Virus record (IMG/VR): IMGVR_UViG_3300031260_000038
Location: 15,099 to 79,098 of that record
Length of the DNA stretch: 64,000 nucleotides
Strand: one strand, 5' to 3'
DNA from: a virus
Taxonomy: Duplodnaviria; Caudoviricetes
Made by a program: the position numbers and the translations under genes. Of the stretch, positions 18,363 to 26,213 are shown piece by piece. Within the stretch, counting starts at the first letter, position 1; the number at the start of each line of letters is the position of its first letter. The notes beneath the pieces are model-generated. The model worked only from the letters and a program-made list of their open reading frames with translations. It was not told the origin of the DNA and made no database searches.

Positions 18363-18896
18363 TTAGTTGTTAAAATTTTTAGCAAACTTGTTGTCAGACT
18401 TTCTCCATCCTTTTATCAAAGATATCTCTTTTTCTATTCCATCTGAAAAACGTAAGTACTTATCAATATCAACTGGTAGCGTTTCAATTGCATATTGAAG
18501 CTCTTGTAGTAATCTGTTGCATTGACCTATCGCCCTATCCTGATGTATTCGCCTTTCAATCAATTCTTCTTTATAGTGAGGATAAATGCTGTTGGCTACA
18601 AAAATGTGTTCCTGAACACTTCTAAGACAGTCCATAACTGAATCTCTCTGGTCTATGATAAACCATTCTTCAAACGAGTTTGTCTTTTCCTTCCTATCAT
18701 CGTAATGCTTCTTTTCCGCATCGTTTAATTCATGATATGGTCGTTTCCCAAATGTTTTTGCTAAATATTCTTCTGACTTCTTACTACTGTAGCCAAAATC
18801 TCTCAAAAGCAAGTCTGTTATCTCTTTTCTGACTTTATAAAAATGATGAAACACCTCAAATTGAGATTCTTTTCTTTTTCGTTTTACGACTGACAC
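18363..18896 (-). CDS. avd: DGR accessory variability determinant (Avd-like four-helix bundle)
   Basis: MSVVKRKRKES start, basic and helical, C-terminal LIKGWRKSD; sits between target and TR. Confidence 0.85.
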   Translation of the reverse strand: MSVVKRKRKESQFEVFHHFYKVRKEITDLLLRDFGYSSKKSEEYLAKTFGKRPYHELNDAEKKHYDDRKEKTNSFEEWFIIDQRDSVMDCLRSVQEHIFVANSIYPHYKEELIERRIHQDRAIGQCNRLLQELQYAIETLPVDIDKYLRFSDGIEKEISLIKGWRKSDNKFAKNFNN

Positions 18897-18933
18897 TTAA
18901 TTTCTCCTTTTGTAAAATGTTTTAATTATCTAC

Positions 18934-18948
18934 GCCCCATAAAGGGGC
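18934..18948 (-). promoter_or_regulatory. Candidate DGR2 target-recognition hairpin
   Basis: GCCCC-TTTAT-GGGGC 5 bp after the target-2 stop. Confidence 0.6.
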
Positions 18949-18953
18949 TTGAT

Positions 18954-20492
18954 TTAAGAAATACAGAAAGCGGGACGCACGCCATAAGAGAGAGAAGCGC
19001 CGTAGTTGCCGGCAAGACCGTCGTTGGTGACATAGGCAAAGGTCGCCGATGATGAAACATCTCTCAACCAATAGGATTGCCTCGTATTCACGGATTGTGG
19101 GTTTGATGCAAATAGTGGGAATTGCGATTTATCCACATATACATTATTCGCCAAGCTAGTCCCTTGCGTTGCGTTGCCATAATGCTTAGTGCCATATACA
19201 TTAGCTTCAGTCATCAGTTCTACCGTTGAGTCATACCACGATCCACCACTTGTATACCCACTGGTTACCGCATTATGTAAATAGTTTCTATGACTTACCA
19301 CATGACCGCTAAAGGCGTTATTTATGGTGGTTTTTGCACTATTTAACCCAGATACATACATTTTGCTGCCAACATAAGCACCTGTTGTAATGTTAGTGTC
19401 ATTCATCACATGATTATACAGTGCTGTGTCTGGCACTATTACAGCGTGATTAGCGGTAAGCGCTGTATCGCCTGTATTGTGGTAATAATTGAAACAAGCT
19501 ATTCTGTAATTAATTCCACCGATAGTCCAATAGTCGCCAACATATAGGTCGTCAAATGTGCCGCTTGAAATGGCATTGTATTGCTCTGTTGTGACAGCCG
19601 AACCTAAATATTTACCCCTGAATATAGAGTTGTGAAACCCTGCGCCACTTGAAATTGGTAGAACCAAATTAAGATTAGTGTCTAATTTATCAATTGAACT
19701 GGTAACAGTTTCACCATCTGTTACATAATTATTTTCTGTATAAAGCCTGTCACCAACATTGTCATTTGTGTCTTTTAATTCCATATCTAACTTGTCTATG
19801 CTTGCAGTTAAAGCTTCACCATCTGTTACATAATTTTCTTCAGTATAAAGCTGAGAACCTTTATCTTCACCTATTTCTTGTAAAGCATCTTCAACAGTGT
19901 TGCCGCTATAATATCCGCCGCCATCTGTTATACTTATTGTGTTAGCGTTGTTTATTAAAAGGTCTCCTTCTACATCTGTTATAATATATACTTGGTCTGA
20001 TTCAATTTTACCCTGTGCATCAAGAGCATCATATTCAGCCTGAGTTAAATATATGGCTGTAATTTTATACCAACTGCTATCTGGTGGCCCTGCTTCACCG
20101 CCACGCATTACATCAAATTTAATTTCACCGCTACTTATTCTTTCGTCTGCATCAGTAATTGTTATTTTTATTGTTACTTTACCTATAAAAGCAAACACAG
20201 CAGGATTTATTTGTAAAACTATTTCTCCATCAACTATATTTACATCATTACCAAAACTTTGGGTATATACAGGTTCACATTGATTCTCAATATAATAATG
20301 AACATCAATTGTTTCTGTTGTAAGTGTTAATTTAGCGCCATTTTTTTGTACTTCAATATAAAAAATATTGCCATATAAATCACCACGACTAAAAAAAGGA
20401 ACAACATATTTATATGTTTGATTATTATATGGAGCTATAATATGTTTACCTGTATATAAATCAAGCCAAACTTTGTATTCTTTTTTAGCCAT
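18954..20492 (-). CDS. DGR2 target: baseplate-anchored tail fibre (BppU-like N-terminus, stalk repeats, CLec-type C-terminus)
   Basis: FSRGD N-terminal motif, LTQAEYDAL motif, 35-aa repeat, C-terminal YWLRD...GVRPAF. Confidence 0.87.
   Translation of the reverse strand: MAKKEYKVWLDLYTGKHIIAPYNNQTYKYVVPFFSRGDLYGNIFYIEVQKNGAKLTLTTETIDVHYYIENQCEPVYTQSFGNDVNIVDGEIVLQINPAVFAFIGKVTIKITITDADERISSGEIKFDVMRGGEAGPPDSSWYKITAIYLTQAEYDALDAQGKIESDQVYIITDVEGDLLINNANTISITDGGGYYSGNTVEDALQEIGEDKGSQLYTEENYVTDGEALTASIDKLDMELKDTNDNVGDRLYTENNYVTDGETVTSSIDKLDTNLNLVLPISSGAGFHNSIFRGKYLGSAVTTEQYNAISSGTFDDLYVGDYWTIGGINYRIACFNYYHNTGDTALTANHAVIVPDTALYNHVMNDTNITTGAYVGSKMYVSGLNSAKTTINNAFSGHVVSHRNYLHNAVTSGYTSGGSWYDSTVELMTEANVYGTKHYGNATQGTSLANNVYVDKSQFPLFASNPQSVNTRQSYWLRDVSSSATFAYVTNDGLAGNYGASLSYGVRPAFCIS
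18963..19053 (-). repeat. DGR2 variable repeat VR2
   Basis: Colinear with TR2 at a constant offset of 711 bp. Confidence 0.94.
19661..19676 (+). repeat. 16-bp inverted repeat, right copy (codons N273-L278 of target 2)
   Basis: gaaccaaattaagatt; at the stalk / C-terminal domain boundary. Confidence 0.8.
19710..19835 (-). repeat. Stalk repeat in target 2
   Basis: 21-bp exact direct repeat (19710-19730, 19815-19835), period 105 bp; LYTExNYVTDGExxTxSIDKLD twice. Confidence 0.85.
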
Positions 20493-20495
20493 GAA

Positions 20496-20870
20496 TTATC
20501 TACCTACTTTCATTTTTATTTCTGTAGAACTAAAAGCTTGTTCGTTAATTTCATTATGAATAAAAACTTTAATATAATAACTACCAATTTTAGCCGTAGT
20601 TAAATCTATTATTGCTTCAAAATTTGTATCTAAATCAAATATATATATTGGAGATTCTTCATCTTCATAATATAAATGTAATTTGCCTATATCATTAATA
20701 TCATAGAGATGGTCAACACCTTCTATATCAACCATCTCTATTTTTATCATTATAAAATCTCCAACATAGGCAAATATTTCATTATTGATTATATTTAACT
20801 CTTCATCTAAAATTATATTTTTGTTTTCATAAATATAAGGCTTTATAATATATTTTTTTATATTTGCCAT
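20496..20870 (-). CDS. Probable baseplate/tail protein
   Basis: Beta-rich 124 aa directly upstream of the tail fibre. Confidence 0.45.
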   Translation of the reverse strand: MANIKKYIIKPYIYENKNIILDEELNIINNEIFAYVGDFIMIKIEMVDIEGVDHLYDINDIGKLHLYYEDEESPIYIFDLDTNFEAIIDLTTAKIGSYYIKVFIHNEINEQAFSSTEIKMKVGR

Positions 20871-20882
20871 GTATTATCACCC

Positions 20883-21275
20883 TTACTTTATTTCCTTTAC
20901 TGCTTTTTCTATCTGTGCAACTATAAGTGCGTTTAATGCACCTGTAGCTGTTTCAATAACATTCATGCCACTTTCAGACATAATTTCTTTTGTCCTTTCA
21001 AAAGATTTATCAAAAGCAATTTTAGCATCTTCTTTTGTAAAAGTATTGTCAGATTTTAGTGCCGCAACAAATGTTTGTTGTGTTTCGGCTACAGCGGTCA
21101 TAACCGCCTGTTCAAGCTCTGATTTTGCTTCTTTAAAAGCATCTTGTATTGTTTTGTTCTTTATTTGTTCTATTTTAGCATCTGCTAAACTGGTCAGGGT
21201 TTTTACACCCCAAGCCAGTAGCGGAACTATAACAGATGTTATTATTATCATAATAATTTCATTTATATCTAACAT
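20883..21275 (-). CDS. Holin (LL-H-like)
   Basis: Single N-terminal transmembrane helix with charged tail; adjacent to the endolysin. Confidence 0.7.
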   Translation of the reverse strand: MLDINEIIMIIITSVIVPLLAWGVKTLTSLADAKIEQIKNKTIQDAFKEAKSELEQAVMTAVAETQQTFVAALKSDNTFTKEDAKIAFDKSFERTKEIMSESGMNVIETATGALNALIVAQIEKAVKEIK

Positions 21276-21304
21276 TTTTTTATTCTCCTTTTATACATTG
21301 TTAA

Positions 21305-22501
21305 TTATTTATCAAATTTAATAAGAGTAGTTATTGTTTTAGGGCCTGTAATACCATCAACTTTGAGACCATTCCGATATTGGAACGACATTACAACTTT
21401 TTCTGTAAGCGGCCCATAAGAACCATCAACACCATATGGCGAAAGATTATACCCCGCTCTAATCAATACTGTCTGAATCCATTTAACACCATTGCCACGA
21501 CTGCCACGTTTAAAAACAGAACTGGTAGAAGGTCTTGTATATGGATTTTTCCACGGCTTAACAGGGTTTTTAGCCATAGCCAAAGATGCAGGACCAAATA
21601 TACCATCAATTACCAGTTTATAATCCTTTTGGAAAGATTTTACCGCTGATTCTGTGGCAGGACCAAATGAACCATCGTCTACAAGGGCGTAGCCGAGCTG
21701 TGATAGCTTTTGCTGTACCCACTTAACATCATTACCCTTGTCTCCACGCCTAAGCGCCTTAGTAGGCTCTACGGGCGATTTAGATGGTGTTACAGGCTGT
21801 TGCGAGCCAGAAGACGTTTTAAATTTTATAATTTGACCGACATTAATTTCTTCTGGATTTTTTATCCCATTAAACTCTGCAAGCTCCTTATATTTAGAAC
21901 CATCACCGAGATATTTTTCAGCTATAGCCCAAAGACTATCTCCCGCTTTAACAACATAGCTGTCAGTATCAATAATTTCTGTTTCTTTTGTATAATCAAT
22001 ATAAGGACATTCACCCCAATTTTTCCAACCACGCTCTTTAAGCTTTGTTTTTACAACGCCATAATCAACGCCACGTGCTTCAATAACTTCACCGTTACCA
22101 ATATAAACGCCTACATGACCCTTTGAAAAAACAAGAATGCCTTCTATATCTGGCATAGTATCTATATTGCCATTAACTTTTGTACGCCCATACATACCGT
22201 CAGCACTTACATCTGTATCTCTATCATATTTAGGGTTTTTATCATCACCTTGCCACCAAAGAAAGCCTTTAATAAGACCAATACAATCAGCACCACGCTT
22301 ACCTACAGCATCACCATCTCCATCAAGTCTACCACGATATGTTTTTGCTTTATATGCCGCTGTATATTGTTTGGGAAATCTTCCTGCCGCCGACTCAATA
22401 CTTGCCGCTGTTACAATCTGTCCGTAATGTGCGTAAGTATAATTCCATTTTTCTGCTAAAGCCTTTTTTGCAAATGCTACTAATTCTTTGTTTGTTTTCA
22501 T
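21305..22501 (-). CDS. Endolysin: NlpC/P60-like catalytic domain, LysM, two PG-binding domains
   Basis: ADCIGLIK and GHVGVYIG; YVVKAGDSLWAIA (LysM); DGxFGPxT twice. Confidence 0.88.
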   Translation of the reverse strand: MKTNKELVAFAKKALAEKWNYTYAHYGQIVTAASIESAAGRFPKQYTAAYKAKTYRGRLDGDGDAVGKRGADCIGLIKGFLWWQGDDKNPKYDRDTDVSADGMYGRTKVNGNIDTMPDIEGILVFSKGHVGVYIGNGEVIEARGVDYGVVKTKLKERGWKNWGECPYIDYTKETEIIDTDSYVVKAGDSLWAIAEKYLGDGSKYKELAEFNGIKNPEEINVGQIIKFKTSSGSQQPVTPSKSPVEPTKALRRGDKGNDVKWVQQKLSQLGYALVDDGSFGPATESAVKSFQKDYKLVIDGIFGPASLAMAKNPVKPWKNPYTRPSTSSVFKRGSRGNGVKWIQTVLIRAGYNLSPYGVDGSYGPLTEKVVMSFQYRNGLKVDGITGPKTITTLIKFDK

Positions 22502-22517
22502 AGTTTATTCTCCTTTT

Positions 22518-23039
22518 TTACTCAAAAATCATTTCTATATAATCGCCAAATTCAGGCTCTATATAAAAATTTTCAATTACTTCTATCGGTATTTTGTCAA
22601 AATCAAAATTAAAATCTACAGATAATAATTCTTCCATTTCTTTGTTGTAATCAGCTACATTATCAATATCATAAATTATAGTATTATTATCAATAGTAGC
22701 CATAATAAAAGACCTATCTTTTTCTGATAGTTTATTAATGTCTATTGCTTTAATATATAGCCCGCTATCCTTTTTTATAATTTCAATATCAACTCTTGAC
22801 CTAATTACTTTAGCTTGAATATCAGAAATAATAACAAATTGATTGTAATTACCAGAATCATCTTTTTTACAATATTCATCTAATATATTTTTTACCTGTT
22901 CATCAAGAATTGTTATTTCGTCATTTATAATTTTTGATAGCCGCTTTAACTGTATTGCATATTTAACATTCATTTTATATTTTGACAGTAATTCTAATGT
23001 TTTTGCAAACTTTTTTATTTCAAAATATTTAATTTGCAT
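22518..23039 (-). CDS. Hypothetical protein
   Basis: 173-aa ORF in late operon. Confidence 0.55.
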   Translation of the reverse strand: MQIKYFEIKKFAKTLELLSKYKMNVKYAIQLKRLSKIINDEITILDEQVKNILDEYCKKDDSGNYNQFVIISDIQAKVIRSRVDIEIIKKDSGLYIKAIDINKLSEKDRSFIMATIDNNTIIYDIDNVADYNKEMEELLSVDFNFDFDKIPIEVIENFYIEPEFGDYIEMIFE

Positions 23040-23040
23040 A

Positions 23041-25410
23041 TTATTTGTTTTTCTCCTTTAATTCTTTTAATTCATCTCTTAGTTTCTTATAGCCTTGAAT
23101 AGCAAGCATCGCAATAGGTAATGGCTGAAGACCGTGATTTATTGTTCCGTCTTCTAATTCTTCCTTAATACCTATATATTTATATGCTTTATGGTCGCTA
23201 ATTTCATCAGCTATAACGCCAAGTTGTATTGCTGATTGTGATATAGTTTTATCTTTTTTGTCTTTATTAACTTTGTAATTATAAGTACATTCTTTAGCCG
23301 CTATAAGGTCTAATAAATCTATAAAATCTTCTTCATAGACTTCATCATTAGAGACTTTATCATTAGCGGTAGCTGTATTAGTGTTAGCCGCCACTGTTTT
23401 TATGTTATCAACTATAGCTGTAGCTTCATTAGCGGTAGCTATACTGTTTCTATTAGTTATTGTTTTAATATTAGCTATATCTTTACTTATTACTGGCTTA
23501 ATATTTTCTTTGTCTTTTAAACCTGATGTTTGTATAGTGCCATTAACAGCATAGACAGCTTGCCAGCGCTTTGAAGATTCTCCAAGACCTATAGCACCGT
23601 CAGTAGAAGGGCGTAAAGTTGTAGCATATACAGATAAAGGTAACTCATTAGCACCAAGATATATATCAGAAGACGTTCCACCAATTACAACTTTATTAGA
23701 CTCTGAATGAACAAAATAGGGAGCAACAACGAGATAATTACTTATAACACTTGTACAAGTTACATCACCATTGATTTTCATATTACTATAAAAAATATGC
23801 CTTTGTGTTTGTCCATTAAAGTCAGTGCTATTATTCAAAACGTATTGTCGGTTAATAAAGCCATCAGATTGTCTTATACCAAACCCCAAAAGAGATGCGT
23901 TATGTGAACACACTATATCCAAGGACCTTTTAGAAGGATCACCTAAAACATTATAAGTGGCAGAAATCGCTCCTGATAATTCATTATTTTCATAAAAGTA
24001 AATGTTATTACCATAAGTCGTGTTAAATTCCTCCCCATCTTCATAAACCCGTGGTGTATTTAGTTTTCCTAAAACTTCTAAATTTGAGCCGTTCCAAGTT
24101 AAACAATCATTGCCAAAAGAAAAAGTGCCATCATTAAGATTAAGCCAACTATTATTGTTTTGACTTTTAAGAATCCCTGTAGTAACATAGTCTGCCACAA
24201 CTTCTGTAGTTTGTATAACTTGCTCTACAGCCTTAACCCTAATAGTTCCATCATTATTAACAGCATAACTTGATTTATTTAGGTTTTTAAAAAGCATTGG
24301 TATTTCTTTTTTTCTGTCAACAAAATTAGCTGTCTCTAATACTACTTCATAAGGTTTATCATAACTAATACTATAACCGACAATCATTTGTAAAAAATAT
24401 TCATCAATAACATTATCTGAAAATTCTACACTCTTGCCTAAAAATAAATTATCTGCCGCATTTTCATCAAGATATGTTAAACTAACACTAACTTTTGGCT
24501 GAGATAATTCTTCTAACTTCTTAATAGCACCATTATAAAGAGTAGGAGCATCTACATAATTGCTATCTCTCCAAACATACTCTTTTCTGAATATTGCAGG
24601 ATTAGCTTCTATTTCAGCCATAGTATAACCACGACTTGTATAATAATCATAGTTTTCAATATAGGTATAGCCACCTGTTTCTGTTATTAAATCAATGTCT
24701 TCACCAGTAACAGGATTAGTGCCGCCAAAAGCATAAAGCCTTGTTGTTAATTCACTTATATCTCTCGCCACTTGTATGTTTTTAGTATTTAATGCCGTAA
24801 GTTGTAGCGGATTAGCAGGATTATATAAATCTTTATTGTATAAATTAACTAAATGGACAGCGCCGCTAAATCCATCTCTGAAACCACTCTCAAAAATAAC
24901 ATAGCAATCATATAGCTCCGCTAATTCTGTTATTGTTTGAAACAGCGATTGTTCTTTTGTTTCTATTGTTCTATAAACTTCAGGAGCAATAATAGCCCCT
25001 ATCTGCCAACCATATTTAGGTGTTTCTCCATCATATAAAATTGCTCTTAATCCATCTTCAGGTAAAAGTGGAGCAAGTGTTTCTTCTACTACCATTTTTG
25101 ACTGCAATGTCTTAGAATAGTGCATACACTCTATTGACCAACTATATTTACCATTAGCCGACATCATTTTTGTTTTTTGCACTACTTCATAAAATTCGTG
25201 CTGATAATAAATTAAAACACCATGTTCTACTTCTTTTGAGTTAGGATTTTCAACAGGTAATTCAAAATTTAATTTAAATATTTCATTTATTTTATAACTA
25301 ACTGTTGGGTTTAATGGAGATGTGCCATTTCTGTTGTATAAATCACAAACAGGATTAAACAACAAATCATAAACTTCCATAATTCCATTTTTTTCCATTT
25401 TTATAACCAC
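23041..25410 (-). CDS. Tail spike / baseplate hub (Tal-like) with C-terminal S74-like chaperone
   Basis: TTRLYAFGG motif; KRWQAVYAVNGTIQTS...KENIK; follows the distal tail gene. Confidence 0.75.
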   Translation of the reverse strand: MVIKMEKNGIMEVYDLLFNPVCDLYNRNGTSPLNPTVSYKINEIFKLNFELPVENPNSKEVEHGVLIYYQHEFYEVVQKTKMMSANGKYSWSIECMHYSKTLQSKMVVEETLAPLLPEDGLRAILYDGETPKYGWQIGAIIAPEVYRTIETKEQSLFQTITELAELYDCYVIFESGFRDGFSGAVHLVNLYNKDLYNPANPLQLTALNTKNIQVARDISELTTRLYAFGGTNPVTGEDIDLITETGGYTYIENYDYYTSRGYTMAEIEANPAIFRKEYVWRDSNYVDAPTLYNGAIKKLEELSQPKVSVSLTYLDENAADNLFLGKSVEFSDNVIDEYFLQMIVGYSISYDKPYEVVLETANFVDRKKEIPMLFKNLNKSSYAVNNDGTIRVKAVEQVIQTTEVVADYVTTGILKSQNNNSWLNLNDGTFSFGNDCLTWNGSNLEVLGKLNTPRVYEDGEEFNTTYGNNIYFYENNELSGAISATYNVLGDPSKRSLDIVCSHNASLLGFGIRQSDGFINRQYVLNNSTDFNGQTQRHIFYSNMKINGDVTCTSVISNYLVVAPYFVHSESNKVVIGGTSSDIYLGANELPLSVYATTLRPSTDGAIGLGESSKRWQAVYAVNGTIQTSGLKDKENIKPVISKDIANIKTITNRNSIATANEATAIVDNIKTVAANTNTATANDKVSNDEVYEEDFIDLLDLIAAKECTYNYKVNKDKKDKTISQSAIQLGVIADEISDHKAYKYIGIKEELEDGTINHGLQPLPIAMLAIQGYKKLRDELKELKEKNK

Positions 25411-26192
25411 CTGTATCTGGGCTTAATATAATAATCAATAGCCGCTGTATCTGCAAATGTTACAGTAATTGTAAATCTACCCGCAGGGAAAACAGGCCAC
25501 CAACTTTCTTCAATAGTTGAGCTGTAATATCCATATAAATTATAATCAATATCATAATCCTTTATATAAGAATTTAAAGAATCAATTTCTATATTAGTAG
25601 CTGATTCAGACAAGCTCCAACTAACACTATCACCATATTCACTAGATTTAATAGAAACTGCTGTACCAAGAGTTATTCCAGATAATCTAATTAGTGGGTA
25701 ACTTTCTATTGTGCTATTACTATAAATATCTAATGTTAAAGTGTCTATTCCTGCCGCTTTAGTTCCTTCTAATATAGTTTCTTCTATTTCATAAAAATAT
25801 GGGTCATGTGCTATAAATCTTAATTCCGTAGCATATGAATTAACTCCAAGTCTGTTTAAATCTACAGCGCCGCTATCAAGCCTACATTTTAATTTTTTAT
25901 TGTCATCTTTAAAATAAAAATCTTGTTCTGTCTTTGTGTTTAGCCAAGCAGATATATCATATTTAGAAAATTTATCAAGGTCTGTAAAAACAACAGGAAC
26001 AGAAAAGATACGTGGAGAAAGGTATGTGTCAAATACCCTTGCTCCATCATATCTAATTGGTCTATCTGTTATATATTCTCTTGAAGGCATTAAGTTCATA
26101 TTTGTATATCCACTAAGCCCCGCCACCATTCCACCAAAACTAGAAAGGTAACGACCATTAAAATAAAAATCTGTTATGTCAACGTATTTCAC
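25401..26192 (-). CDS. Distal tail protein (Dit)
   Basis: DFYFNGRYLSSFG start, RFIAHDPYFY; follows tape measure. Confidence 0.75.
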   Translation of the reverse strand: MKYVDITDFYFNGRYLSSFGGMVAGLSGYTNMNLMPSREYITDRPIRYDGARVFDTYLSPRIFSVPVVFTDLDKFSKYDISAWLNTKTEQDFYFKDDNKKLKCRLDSGAVDLNRLGVNSYATELRFIAHDPYFYEIEETILEGTKAAGIDTLTLDIYSNSTIESYPLIRLSGITLGTAVSIKSSEYGDSVSWSLSESATNIEIDSLNSYIKDYDIDYNLYGYYSSTIEESWWPVFPAGRFTITVTFADTAAIDYYIKPRYRWL

Positions 26193-26213
26193 TTATTCTA
26201 TCGCCCCTTCCTA

